Assembly: GCA_016840515.1 (NCBI GenBank)
Contig: JAEOSF010000001.1
Span: 50,447 to 82,446 of the forward strand
From: Candidatus Borrarchaeum yapensis
GTDB lineage: Archaea; Asgardarchaeota; Sifarchaeia; Borrarchaeales; Borrarchaeaceae
Length of the DNA stretch: 32,000 nt
Direction of reading: 5' to 3'
This document shows positions 1-9,606 of this stretch, one piece after another (the first letter of the stretch is position 1; every line of letters starts with the position of its first letter). The translations under genes were made by a program, and so were the position numbers. Under the pieces are notes generated by a model. The model worked only from the letters and a program-made list of their open reading frames with translations, did no database searches and was not told where the DNA came from.

Positions 1-96
1 CTTGATAACCTTAAGGCTGGTCTTTCCGCCAACGAAAAGATTGATGATTATCAAAAACGTGGAATTTTATCAATCATTCCGCAGTTTCATAAATAA
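1..96 (+). CDS. 3' end of an unidentified ORF entering from upstream (...LDNLKAGLSANEKIDDYQKRGILSIIPQFHK*)
   Basis: Frame 1 is open from the window edge to TAA at 94-96. No recognisable motif. Confidence 0.3.
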   Translation, partial: LDNLKAGLSANEKIDDYQKRGILSIIPQFHK

Positions 97-149
97 TTGT
101 AAGGTTAAGAGATTTTATTTAGACCTATCTAAATAACCTAAAAATAATA

Positions 150-596
150 TTGGCGATGTTCTTGCCCCTATTCGAAGAGGTCGTATTAACGAAGAATTTG
201 CACAGGAAAATGCTAGAAGTAGCAAGAAAAAGTTATCCGCTGGAAGGATGCGGAGTTCTATTTGGACATATCGATAATAACAAAGCGATAATTCGGGACG
301 TTATTGAAACCGAAAATAGTGCTGAAAATCCTACTGTGAGATTTTACATCGATCCTGAGTTGTTTTATACCATTCTTATATCTGCCGAAGAGTCAGGACT
401 TGAATTCTTAGGAATCTTTCATTCACATCCAGCACAGCCGAATCCATCACCATGGGATCTTGAATACATGCAGTTACATCAAAATGTGTGGATAATAATT
501 CAATCTCTCAACCGAGAAGAGAAGAAAATGAAAATGAAGGTTTTTCAATGGTATGACGAACAACTTTTTGATGTCAAATTGAAAATAACCTGCTAA
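150..596 (+). CDS. JAMM/MPN+ metalloprotease (Mov34 family)
   Basis: 148 aa. Has 'PLEGCGVLFG' (catalytic Glu region) and 'FHSHPAQPNPSPWD' (a near-canonical HxH...S..D zinc motif with a 6-residue spacer). The start may be TTG at 150 or ATG at 156. Confidence 0.8.
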   Translation: MAMFLPLFEEVVLTKNLHRKMLEVARKSYPLEGCGVLFGHIDNNKAIIRDVIETENSAENPTVRFYIDPELFYTILISAEESGLEFLGIFHSHPAQPNPSPWDLEYMQLHQNVWIIIQSLNREEKKMKMKVFQWYDEQLFDVKLKITC

Positions 597-726
597 GTTT
601 CGATAACGAAAAATGTCGTTATACTCATTTTAATAATTATAAATGAGTTCAGGCTTCAGCACTTACAATTTATATAGAACGTGTGACACATGTGGATGGG
701 CTAAAAATTGGAAGGACAGATGAACG

Positions 727-936
727 ATGAGTACAAAACGCATTAAAAAACCAGAAGGGCTCTTAAAACATACACATTGTAAAAACTGTGGTGTTTCTGT
801 CCCGTTTGGGCGAGAATATTGCTCACCAGAGTGTGAAATAGACTATAACAAGTTTAAAAGGCGTCAGCAGTATCAACTGATCGCAATTATTGGTGCATTA
901 GTAGTCGTAGTTGTGTTTGTGTTTCTCATGCGGTAA
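727..936 (+). CDS. small Zn-ribbon protein with C-terminal transmembrane helix
   Basis: 69 aa. Has 'CKNCG...(x12)...CSPEC' as a four-Cys ribbon, followed by the hydrophobic tail 'LIAIIGALVVVVVFVFLM'. Confidence 0.55.
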   Translation: MSTKRIKKPEGLLKHTHCKNCGVSVPFGREYCSPECEIDYNKFKRRQQYQLIAIIGALVVVVVFVFLMR

Positions 937-1122
937 AGCTGTTGATATTCCGTGAGGTTCTAGTAAACACGTTATTACTGTAAGCACACTTTAATATCTG
1001 AAAATTTAATAATAAACGGGTTCCTACTTAATGGTTTATAATATATTAGGAACGCTTACATTCTCATCTTCAATACACCAATATCAAATTTCATTAAAGA
1101 GATTGCTATAAGGTGGATAGAA

Positions 1123-2226
1123 ATGCCTACTAATGAAAAAATCGTACTCTATGAGGAACCAGGTGGTATTTATCGAGTAGAAGTTAAGTTACCTTTGACT
1201 TCAAAGGTGAAACCGGAAGAATTTCCTATTCTAAGAGATGAATTAGGTATACCTTCCTATGTAGATTTAGATTATTTACCAATAAAAGCCTCATTAGTTA
1301 TGCTAAAAGCGGCAAGAAATGCCCATCAACTTCATAAAGAGTTTCCTGACATAATAGAAAAAAGAATATCAAAAACACCCCTGAATATCCTTATTTTTGG
1401 CGGAGGCGCATTTAAACTCCATTGCCCAAGTTGTAATGCTGGCGGGGTGTTTGAAAGAGTTCTGCACGACATCGATATTGTTGTACCCAGAAAACAGGGA
1501 GGCGCGATAAGAAAACTCCTTCTTGTGCTCGGCGATCTTTATGGGACGATGTTTCTGCACTTTATAAGTACGAGTGATAAAATCTTTACCATGCAGAGGC
1601 GAGGAAAACGTCATCGTGTACGTTCGATCAAAACAATAAGTAATGACAATGGCCGTCCGACAGTGGAAGTTATGGATATCCTAACTAATGAAATTGATAT
1701 GAGACACACGATTAATGTCGAGGATGAATTCAAACAAGATCCGAAAGAACTACTATATACTATTGGTCTAGAAAAAATGATCGCAACGAAATGCCAATTT
1801 ATCATGGACATGGACAAGGACGTCATCCCGCAATTAGAAGAAGCAGGAGTGTTATATAGACAACTTCACTACGATTATTATAATAAAGATAAAATCATAA
1901 TTGGAATGGAAAAGAAAGATATAAAAGATGTTAGTGCAGCCTTCCTTGATCATCCTCTTGGTGAAGGGAAAAACGCAATTGATGTAGAAAAGTTGAAAAA
2001 TATCCTCTCAGATAAAAAAATCCTTAAAACTGTTCGCTTAAACCTTGCGAATATCTTACATAACAAAGATTTTATTGAATCTACCGGAGCATCATCCAGT
2101 CAAATATCCGATATTACGACCAAAATTGAAGACTTATTAGAACAGTTGCCTACGTCTGACAAGAAATGGAGTAAACCCTGGTGGAATCTTGACGTGGAAA
2201 CACCAGAAATTTTTGAAGGCAACTAA
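1123..2226 (+). CDS. hypothetical protein, possible pol-beta-type nucleotidyltransferase fold
   Basis: 367 aa. 'ILIFGGGAF...' followed by 'HDIDIVV' resembles the G[GS]...DxD NTase signature, with a later acidic strand 'VEVMDIL'. SD-like 'aaggtgg' lies upstream. The fold assignment is tentative. Confidence 0.5.
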   Translation: MPTNEKIVLYEEPGGIYRVEVKLPLTSKVKPEEFPILRDELGIPSYVDLDYLPIKASLVMLKAARNAHQLHKEFPDIIEKRISKTPLNILIFGGGAFKLHCPSCNAGGVFERVLHDIDIVVPRKQGGAIRKLLLVLGDLYGTMFLHFISTSDKIFTMQRRGKRHRVRSIKTISNDNGRPTVEVMDILTNEIDMRHTINVEDEFKQDPKELLYTIGLEKMIATKCQFIMDMDKDVIPQLEEAGVLYRQLHYDYYNKDKIIIGMEKKDIKDVSAAFLDHPLGEGKNAIDVEKLKNILSDKKILKTVRLNLANILHNKDFIESTGASSSQISDITTKIEDLLEQLPTSDKKWSKPWWNLDVETPEIFEGN

Positions 2227-2264
2227 AAAATCATTCCGGCTTATTTAATGAGGCAATCAATCTG

Positions 2265-2966
2265 TTAATCAAACTCAAAGTCTCTTTTCGTTGTCAGCGT
2301 CTTGAAATCCTTGAGTTTTATCATTTTGAGGATTTGTTTGCTTAACCATGTATCTGCCCGCACTACGATTTTGCGCTTTGGGTCGGTAAGTACCAACCCG
2401 ATTTCCCGTGTTTTAAGGTCCAAAGTAACGTCTTTTGCCGGACGCTCAAATCCGCGTCCATTTACAATAACGAACGCAAATTTCAACTTTTTCTCCAGCA
2501 TATATCTTTCTGCAGATTTGACAACATCGACTATATTTGACTTTGTCACCCAGTCTTCAAAATCGAAAATCATGGTAACTACGTCCCACTGTGGTGTCAT
2601 TACAGCCGCTATGCGCGCGAGGAATACACCATCAGCCTTCCCAGTATTACCTGTAAGAATATACCTAGCCTTAGCTTTATATAGAGACACGTCTTCCTCT
2701 ATATCATACCAGATTGCGATGCCTTTATTTTTCTTAACTCTTGTTCTCAAATAATCAACGAAATCCTCTTCGGCGAGCGTTTCAATTGTGCCTCTTTGAG
2801 TCTTCATTGTATAGATAAGCGATCCAATACCTATAAAAATCATAGAAATCCCGATAAAGGGATAAGCAAGAACTATAAACACGCCTATTACAAGTAAAAC
2901 AGCAGCTACCCCTCCTAAACTTCTGGCGGAAATTATTTTATCTTTTTCATATGGCTTTTTACTCAA
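2265..2966 (-). CDS. hypothetical membrane-anchored protein (two N-terminal TM helices plus a soluble C-terminal domain)
   Basis: 233 aa. Hydrophobic segments are 'GGVAAVLLVIGVFIVLAY' and 'ISMIFIGIGSLIY'. The remainder is charged or mixed with no recognised motif. Confidence 0.5.
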   Translation of the reverse strand: MSKKPYEKDKIISARSLGGVAAVLLVIGVFIVLAYPFIGISMIFIGIGSLIYTMKTQRGTIETLAEEDFVDYLRTRVKKNKGIAIWYDIEEDVSLYKAKARYILTGNTGKADGVFLARIAAVMTPQWDVVTMIFDFEDWVTKSNIVDVVKSAERYMLEKKLKFAFVIVNGRGFERPAKDVTLDLKTREIGLVLTDPKRKIVVRADTWLSKQILKMIKLKDFKTLTTKRDFEFD

Positions 2967-3285
2967 ATTAAATCCTCACAAGCTGCCTTTGGTACCAATG
3001 TTTTTCAATAACCATCCTTGTTGAACAACTAACCTTACAATCAGTTATCAAGATGTGAAATAATGTATATAGTCCAACACTTTATAATAATTATTAATTC
3101 CTGTTATTAGAAAGACCTGCTCTAAGGTTTGTGTAATTAGAAAGAGGGAATATTTCAGTTTTTCGAAAATAGTTGCATCCGCATTTAGATCTTGCAGGCA
3201 TTGACAATCAATCGCATTTCAAGTTTTCAGATTGATAGAATTTATAACTAATTTAGCAAGAGGCATCTCTACACTTTAAAGTAGT

Positions 3286-4248
3286 TTAGCCTCTTGTACC
3301 CCAAAACTTTTCAATGCCATCTTCTGTTAAATCGATGATGTATCCCCTTAAGATACCTTCACCATATTCAGAACCTGGATTTACAAGTTGCGTTTTGCCA
3401 AGCTTTACAGCTCCTGCAGATTCGTGGATATGGCCATGAATGCCAAGTAAAGGTTCATTTTCAAGAATTGCTTCGCGTACGGCTTTACTACCTACTGGTT
3501 GTGTAAGTTGGTGACCAGCAACTTGAATTGTCTTTAGATCTTTGGTCAGTTTTGGGGCTTCATCAAGCCGGGTACCATATGGTGGTGAGTGAAAATTACA
3601 AATTAATTTTCTATAATCGCCTGGTTCGACCATGTCGAATAATTTATCGATTTTTTTTCGTAATTCTTTTTCGGAACATTCTCTAGGAGAGTTCCAAGGT
3701 GTTGGATTCACCCACTCTAAACTTATCATTGGATGATTGTCAGTATCATCGAGATAAACCACCTCTTCTAAAGGATAAATGACCCGTTCAGCCTTTCGGA
3801 TGACATCATCTATTAAAAGACTATCATCGTTACCTGGGTTCACAATAACTTTTACATGTTCTGGAACCTTTTCTTCGATCAGATCCATCCAACGTTCAAG
3901 TTCTGATACGATTACCTCATCAAATAACTTATCTAATGCTTTTTTATCATTTTCAAGCTCTTCCACACCAGCTGGTGTAGTTCGAAAGGGATATGAGCCA
4001 CAATAGCGGATGATTCTCTCTACTTCTTTAATTTCCTCTTCGGTTTTCATGTGATAATCCTTATTAAACGATGCCTTCCATGATCCATCGTTTTGTTCAA
4101 CAATTGGGACGATTACCTTACCCGTAGTATCCCCACCAAGTAGAGCTACGTCAATCTCTTTATAGAATGTTGTAACATTGAGAAATTTGCGCCAACATTG
4201 TTCTGATCCGTGTACATCCGTAGTAAAGAAAACTCTGGTTCTTTTCAT
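3286..4248 (-). CDS. calcineurin-like metallophosphoesterase
   Basis: Motifs 'VFFTTDVHGS', 'LLGGDTTGK', 'NPGNDD', 'NFHSPP' and 'GHIHES'. The start was moved to ATG 4246-4248 (MKRTRVFF...) because GGAGGT lies 6 nt upstream. The 22-aa extension in the ORF track is probably not translated. Confidence 0.85.
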   Translation of the reverse strand: MKRTRVFFTTDVHGSEQCWRKFLNVTTFYKEIDVALLGGDTTGKVIVPIVEQNDGSWKASFNKDYHMKTEEEIKEVERIIRYCGSYPFRTTPAGVEELENDKKALDKLFDEVIVSELERWMDLIEEKVPEHVKVIVNPGNDDSLLIDDVIRKAERVIYPLEEVVYLDDTDNHPMISLEWVNPTPWNSPRECSEKELRKKIDKLFDMVEPGDYRKLICNFHSPPYGTRLDEAPKLTKDLKTIQVAGHQLTQPVGSKAVREAILENEPLLGIHGHIHESAGAVKLGKTQLVNPGSEYGEGILRGYIIDLTEDGIEKFWGTRG

Positions 4249-4459
4249 GTTACTACCTCCATATAGGTCTATTCTTATGTTCACTGTGTCAGTTTTCTTG
4301 AGTACTTGCTGCACTTTTTAGAATTCATCCTCTAATAATCTTGTTTTTTTAAAATGTTTTTCGATGAGTTCAATGAGTAAAAAATAGAGTATTTATTGAT
4401 TTATTTTAGTAATATTAGAATAAAAAAAAAGAAGAAAGAAAGATTTAGTTGGGCTATCG

Positions 4460-6088
4460 CTATTCGGGCGGAATCTCCGCGTATATCGTATCGACATCTA
4501 TACCCAGTTCTCTGTTTTTGGTTTGCATCCAGAGCCATACTATGACCGAGAGCGTGAACCACACCATTATAACAGGTACACCACCAGGTACGGTTGCCGC
4601 GCCGCTTACTACGAGGACATAGGTATTAGATATAAATCCGATGAACCCTAAGGCCGCTAACAGCGGTAATGGTCCTATTTTGAACGCTGCACCCTTCTCG
4701 AATAGGTCTTTTCGCAGGAACGGTAACATCATGGCTGTTAGACATCCTGTCCACATCATGACGACGTCCATGAACGTCTGCGTTGCGACCACTGCGAACC
4801 ACGTACCGAGAATAGGTGTAACACCCATGTCTTCACCCGTAGTTTGGAAGACTCCTAGTATACCTAAGAAGGCCGTTAAATTGATTGCCCATACAGGTGA
4901 GTGCCAACGATCGCTTACCTCCGCAAATCTTAGCGGAAATGCTCTGTCAAACGCCCAAGCAAACAGTGTTCTGCTGCTTGTGATCAGAAATGGCGGAATA
5001 TCGTTGGCCAGCCAAATAGCGCCTGTAATTGCTATGTACACAGCTAGAGCAGGATTTCCATGCACTAAAATCGCCGCAAATGTTGGTAATACTGCAACTA
5101 CACTAGGAGAATTCCCGTTTATTATGATGCCATTGGCATCACAGTACGCATAGGCTTTCACGAAGTTTCCGACTGATCCGTACATTAGTTGTGAAATCGT
5201 GACATAATATACTGCGATCAGGATTGTACCTAAGCCTAGGCCAATGAGCATGTTCCTCTTTGGTGTCTTTACTTCACCACCAATGAAGGCGGTAGCAGTA
5301 TAACCGATGTAAGCCCATATTGCACCAACCGCCATGAATGTAAGCGTAGCTCCCCATGAGAACGGAGCGGTCCATCCTGGTGCTCCGGCGGCCATTACCT
5401 GGTCATAGCTAGCATAGTAGAACTGAGTGGCGGGATTTCCAAACGGGCTGGAGTTCCAAGCCGCTGCCATTGCGGCCTCTCCGCCTCCGGCTGCTGCAGC
5501 TGCATATACACCCATCGTGATGAAGCTTCCAATGACAGCAATGATGAACATGGCATTGAGCACTTTGCCGTAAATGTCAACACCTAATATCGCCAGAGCC
5601 CAGAATATGACTAATATAACAAGACCGACAACGATCCATGCGACAGGATTATTAGCCAAAACGGATCCTGCGTTATAGGTACCAACATTGTTTGTGGATG
5701 CGCCCGCTAACTGTAGACATAATCCCCAGAACCAGACGTCCCAAACCGCTAATGAGCCGTAAGCTGTAGCTGTACCAAACCACCAAGCCCATGAGGCGAC
5801 AAAGCCTGCGTATGGACCCAGAACTCTGGATACCCATACGTAAGGACCACCAGAACGTGGCATAGAAGTCGCCATAAGTGCAAATGCCCATGCAGTACAA
5901 ATCGCTGGAATAGCTCCGATCGCAAAGCCTAGTGGAATATTAGCCCCCCATCCAGCTCCTGGGAAGTCTCTAACTGAGTGCAAATTGATACCACCACCGA
6001 TAACGTAGCACATAACAGTTGTCATAGCTGTAAACCAACCAATCTCTCGTACAAGACCTGTTGCATCACGCGCGAATGTTTTTGACAT
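4460..6088 (-). CDS. APC-superfamily amino acid/polyamine permease
   Basis: About 540 aa of almost continuous hydrophobic helices (12 or more TM segments), Gly/Ala-rich as is typical of APC transporters. The likely start is ATG at 6086-6088 (MSKTF...). The track starts at TTG 6100. Confidence 0.75.
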   Translation of the reverse strand: MSKTFARDATGLVREIGWFTAMTTVMCYVIGGGINLHSVRDFPGAGWGANIPLGFAIGAIPAICTAWAFALMATSMPRSGGPYVWVSRVLGPYAGFVASWAWWFGTATAYGSLAVWDVWFWGLCLQLAGASTNNVGTYNAGSVLANNPVAWIVVGLVILVIFWALAILGVDIYGKVLNAMFIIAVIGSFITMGVYAAAAAGGGEAAMAAAWNSSPFGNPATQFYYASYDQVMAAGAPGWTAPFSWGATLTFMAVGAIWAYIGYTATAFIGGEVKTPKRNMLIGLGLGTILIAVYYVTISQLMYGSVGNFVKAYAYCDANGIIINGNSPSVVAVLPTFAAILVHGNPALAVYIAITGAIWLANDIPPFLITSSRTLFAWAFDRAFPLRFAEVSDRWHSPVWAINLTAFLGILGVFQTTGEDMGVTPILGTWFAVVATQTFMDVVMMWTGCLTAMMLPFLRKDLFEKGAAFKIGPLPLLAALGFIGFISNTYVLVVSGAATVPGGVPVIMVWFTLSVIVWLWMQTKNRELGIDVDTIYAEIPPE

Positions 6089-6606
6089 CGTTTTCCCCAA
6101 ATTTTAAATTTTTTATTTTTATTTTAAATTTGTAAAACAATGTGTATATTTTAGGAAATTGGCAAATATCTGATCGTTTCTTATATAAATAGTTAATGGC
6201 AAGCGAGTTTACATAACAAACAAAATGTATAGAATAAACAACCCCTGAGAAGACATATGTCCACTACAGAATGATAAAGAACTTTCATAAATGACAATAA
6301 ATGACAAAAACAAATAACGTCGGTTACACTGTTAAACATAATAAAGTAGAAGAAAATAACCAACAATGTAAATCGTCAAATTCCTAATTAGAATCAAGCA
6401 ATAATGGGGGACTTGAGTTACAAAAAACTCAGGAAGAATGGGAATTCATTAATTTTTGCAGTTTAGCTTGATGTAATAAAGACAAATATCCTCTAAAAAA
6501 GAAATAAGCAAAAGAGTCTGCTTTAACATATTGGTGATATGGTTTTCCACAATAGATAAAAAGAGGCATCACGGTAGATAACACAACTAGCTGAAGGGAT
6601 ATTACT

Positions 6607-7329
6607 ATGAAGATAATAATAACGGGTGCGTTTAGTTCAGGTAAATCGACCCTTGTACAATCACTTGGCAAAGAATCAGCTATTTCGCTAGATAAGTCAG
6701 GAACCACAGTTGCTCTTGACCATGGGACAGTAGACGTTTTAGGCATTCCAGCGTTTCTTTTTGGAACTCCCGGACTCGTCAGGTTCTCAATTCTGCGCCA
6801 AATCTTATCTGAGGGAGCTGACGGCATGATTTTCATGGTAGATTCTGCAAATCCTAATATCGAAAATTTCAATGAGATATGGCAAGAGATGCAAGAGATA
6901 CAGATCGTTGCATCAGTTCCCTGCGTGATAGCAGCTAACAAACAAGATTTACCTGATGCAAAGAGCGTAGAAGAAATAAGAGAGCTTCTAGGACTTAGTG
7001 GATATCCAATCATACCTATTTCAGCTAAGACAGGCAATGGCATGATGAGACCGCTTCTCATACTTTTATTAATTAACATTCTACGTGCAAGTTCGTTACT
7101 GCGTATAATCGATCGTATTGGTAACGAAAACAATGCTTTAGAGCAAATTGCAGACATGATCGAGTTAGGTAGATATAAAACAAAACTTAGATTATACTGG
7201 CTTGAATGGCGCGGCTTAATTGAAGCTGATTGGAATTCCCAGCGATTTAAGGTTGTTCCAGCAGTTAAAAAAGTTTTTGAAATACTTCCTAGACTGATCC
7301 GCTCATATGAAGAGATTATATTAATGTGA
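6607..7329 (+). CDS. small GTPase (COG2229/MglA-like 'GTPGQ-type') fused to a C-terminal winged-helix-like domain
   Basis: G1 'GAFSSGKST', switch-I Thr in 'LDHGT', G3-like 'FGTPGLVRF', G4 'NKQD', G5 'SAK'. The last ~80 aa ('LEQIADMIELGRYKTKLRLYWLEWRGLIEA') look like a wHTH. Confidence 0.8.
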   Translation: MKIIITGAFSSGKSTLVQSLGKESAISLDKSGTTVALDHGTVDVLGIPAFLFGTPGLVRFSILRQILSEGADGMIFMVDSANPNIENFNEIWQEMQEIQIVASVPCVIAANKQDLPDAKSVEEIRELLGLSGYPIIPISAKTGNGMMRPLLILLLINILRASSLLRIIDRIGNENNALEQIADMIELGRYKTKLRLYWLEWRGLIEADWNSQRFKVVPAVKKVFEILPRLIRSYEEIILM

Positions 7330-7495
7330 TACCATTTTCCTTTCCTCCTTCTTTACTGAACAGACTTCTTTTTTGAAAAGAACTCGCACCGATTAAGTTA
7401 AAAGAGACGATATTATCTAATTGATCTTAATCAATAGGACGACATTAGAGTAGTAAAAGAGAATTTACGCTTGATTTCTTCCGGAGAAGACATTA

Positions 7496-8197
7496 ATGAA
7501 GGTAGCAGTTGTAGTTCCTGCGCATAACGAAGAAGAAAACATAGAAAAACTTGTAAACGATATAGATAATGTATTGCGTCAATTAAAGATTCAAAATCAA
7601 ATAGTAATCGTTGATGATAATAGTAACGATAATACGGCTACTATTCTTAAAGAATTATCAAAAAAGATGACAAATCTAACACCTGTTTATCGTTATGACG
7701 GAGTTTGTGGCGTAGGTTTAACATTGCGAGAGGGAATCAAGGCTGCGAAAAACAACGATGTTATTGTTACGATGGATGGGGACTTCTCGCACGATCCTAA
7801 AGAAATCCCTAAGCTCATTCAAGGCATTAAGAACGGAGCAGACTTGGTTATCGGATCTCGTTATATGAAGGGAGGGAGGGCAGACATGCCTCGATCCCGG
7901 ATTATCATAAGTGGCTTATATAATGTATTAAGCAAGCTCTTCTTGAGGACTTTTGTAAATGATTTAACGACGGGATTTCGGGCTATGAAACAGAAGGCAA
8001 TAGAAAAAGTAGAACTTAAATCTGAAGGATTTGAAATACATCCAGAAATTCATTTAAAAATTTACAAAGAGGGTTTTAAGGTTATAGAAGTTCCAATTCA
8101 TTATCATAGAAGAGGAGGAGGTACTTCTAAGTTACGATACTTTAAAGTTGGCCCAGGCTATCTTCGAGTAGTATTTAGGCAATTATTAGGCAAATAA
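7496..8197 (+). CDS. family-2 glycosyltransferase, dolichyl/polyprenyl-phosphate mannose (or glucose) synthase-like
   Basis: 'VVVPAHNEEENI', 'VDDNSND', 'MDGDFSHDP', 'GSRY', which are Dpm1-type GT-A motifs. 233 aa. Confidence 0.85.
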   Translation: MKVAVVVPAHNEEENIEKLVNDIDNVLRQLKIQNQIVIVDDNSNDNTATILKELSKKMTNLTPVYRYDGVCGVGLTLREGIKAAKNNDVIVTMDGDFSHDPKEIPKLIQGIKNGADLVIGSRYMKGGRADMPRSRIIISGLYNVLSKLFLRTFVNDLTTGFRAMKQKAIEKVELKSEGFEIHPEIHLKIYKEGFKVIEVPIHYHRRGGGTSKLRYFKVGPGYLRVVFRQLLGK

Positions 8198-8226
8198 TTT
8201 CTGAGGATTTCTAATGATTGACGTCC

Positions 8227-8248
8227 TCTCTGCCCTGAAGGGCGGAGA
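8227..8248. repeat. subterminal imperfect palindrome (tctctgccc-tgaa-gggcggaga), candidate IS right-end hairpin or terminator
   Basis: 9-bp stem with a 4-nt loop. It lies 17 nt beyond the tnpB stop and 30 nt beyond the GT2 stop. It pairs fully as plus-strand RNA/DNA (one G·U) and has one C·A mismatch on the minus strand. Confidence 0.45.
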
Positions 8249-8264
8249 TTCCTATGAGGTTATT

Positions 8265-9458
8265 TTATCCGCGGATGCGAACCACCTCAGGGTGCGCCAT
8301 CACCCAGTTATCCCTCTCCACCATGCGTGGACCTGGGAATATCGGATTTGAAAGATTAGCCACTCCATTGACATCAGCATTGAGAACTTTATTAGCTGTT
8401 TTGCATACATATAAACCACGGTGTTTTCGACCATTTCTATGTCTTTTACCGCAAAGACTACAGGTTTGAGAGGTCCAACTTTCGTCTATCGTTTTGACAA
8501 TCATCCCAAAATTCTCGGCTGTTATGTTTAACCGATCGACAATATAGCGAAAACTCCAGAAGTTATGGATCATTGCGTTGGTTTTTTTCCCCTTATCATT
8601 ATCCACTCGGATATGGGTTAAATCACCTACCGATATTTCAGAAACACCCTTCTCATAACAGTCCTTGACGAATCGATAGATCATAGTGTTGATGCCCTGT
8701 CGAAATCTCCGTTTCCTTGTCCGATATAACTTGTTTAGTTTTTTTGTGGGCCTAGGTTTCCCTCCTAATTTCCTTTGATAGTTAGCTATTTGTTTGTTCC
8801 AATACCACCAGTCACTCAACAACGACTTCCCAGAATAGAGTTTCGCACGAGTATCACCTTCAGTATAAGTGGTGAGGACATTGATCACTCCCAGATCGAT
8901 GTACGCCTTCTTGTTTCCTAATGGTTGATGTAGAGGTGTGCACTCTACTGGTTGATAGGCATACCATCCTTTCGAGAGCATATCAAAGTGAATTTCAAGA
9001 CGTCCTTGTTTTCCATGCCAGTTTAAGTTTCCATGGTAGGTAATCGCTAATTTATTGGGCAACAAAAGCCGTCTGGCTTCAAATTTATAACAATCTGTAC
9101 GTATGAGTGACCTTAAAATTCGCTTGCCTGTTTTTCGATCTTTCCAGTAGCCAGGAGGTCTAATGACCTTGATATGAGGAGACAACTTCCCCTGCTTCTT
9201 TTTTCTTAAAAGTGCAAAAAAGGATTTCCAAGCCTCATTATTCTTGCGGATGATCTGTTGCGTTGTTGCAGAACCGATCTGAGGTGAAAAGTCCTGATAT
9301 TCTTCAGTGGTATCCCAGTCTAGAGTTCCATCGAAGAAGGATTGTCGCCGCTTAAAGGTTATTTTATTCCATAAGACAGAAGATAACGTGCATAAGGCAA
9401 ATAGTTTTGCCTCTTGATCCTCATCAGGAACTAATTTAAGGATATTAGTTCTTCTCAA
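8265..9458 (-). CDS. tnpB: TnpB / IS605 OrfB-family RNA-guided endonuclease
   Basis: 397 aa. N-terminal 'ILKLVPDEDQ...', RuvC-I 'AYIDLGVINVLT', C-terminal 'WTSQTCSLCGKR...' Zn-ribbon and RuvC-III 'NADVNGVANL'. The second Cys pair of the ribbon looks degenerate ('YVCKTANK'). Confidence 0.9.
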   Translation of the reverse strand: MRRTNILKLVPDEDQEAKLFALCTLSSVLWNKITFKRRQSFFDGTLDWDTTEEYQDFSPQIGSATTQQIIRKNNEAWKSFFALLRKKKQGKLSPHIKVIRPPGYWKDRKTGKRILRSLIRTDCYKFEARRLLLPNKLAITYHGNLNWHGKQGRLEIHFDMLSKGWYAYQPVECTPLHQPLGNKKAYIDLGVINVLTTYTEGDTRAKLYSGKSLLSDWWYWNKQIANYQRKLGGKPRPTKKLNKLYRTRKRRFRQGINTMIYRFVKDCYEKGVSEISVGDLTHIRVDNDKGKKTNAMIHNFWSFRYIVDRLNITAENFGMIVKTIDESWTSQTCSLCGKRHRNGRKHRGLYVCKTANKVLNADVNGVANLSNPIFPGPRMVERDNWVMAHPEVVRIRG

Positions 9459-9465
9459 GCCGTTT

Positions 9466-9606
9466 ACTTCCGTTTTCGTGATTGTTCCTCAATATATTTT
9501 TTAATGGTATCGGATGTGACTGTTCCAGCAGTCCTCACATAATACGAACGTGTATAAGCCCAATACAGCACCCTCATCGGTACGATGCCTTGTGTGTGCC
9601 CTTAAC
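9466..9606 (-). pseudogene. tnpA: C-terminal fragment of an IS200-type Y1 transposase (tnpA remnant)
   Basis: The minus-strand frame reads 'GHTQGIVPMRVLYWAYTRSYYVRTAGTVTSDTIKKYIEEQSRKRK*'. This matches the conserved TnpA tail (...W..SYF..T.G....I.KYIE.Q). A stop codon lies immediately upstream, so about two-thirds of the gene is missing. Confidence 0.75.

Larger units (their letters stand above)
8198..9606 (-). mobile_element. decayed IS200/IS605-family element (truncated tnpA plus intact tnpB)
   Basis: A tnpA C-terminal remnant sits immediately upstream of tnpB on the same strand, with a palindrome beyond the tnpB 3' end. The exact ends were not determined. Confidence 0.7.

Noticed and set aside
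1369-1826. Two minus-strand ORFs (81 and 71 aa) inside the 1123-2226 gene
   Set aside because: They are antisense shadows of a longer ORF, with low-complexity composition and no RBS.
2302-2754. 150-aa plus-strand ORF
   Set aside because: It is antisense to the 233-aa membrane-protein gene and has a Ser/Thr/Phe-rich shadow composition.
4641-5153. 170-aa plus-strand ORF, and the small ORFs at 5395-5583 and 5673-5900
   Set aside because: They are fully embedded in the APC permease gene, either antisense (4641-5153) or same-strand in an alternative frame (5395-5583, 5673-5900). The permease reading frame gives a coherent 12-TM protein.
6429-7157. 242-aa minus-strand ORF
   Set aside because: It lies antisense to the GTPase gene (6607-7329), which has clear G1, G4 and G5 motifs. 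The antisense translation is Ser/Leu/Ile-rich with no motifs, so it is a shadow ORF.
8254-8469. 71-aa plus-strand ORF
   Set aside because: It is antisense to the well-supported 3' end of tnpB.
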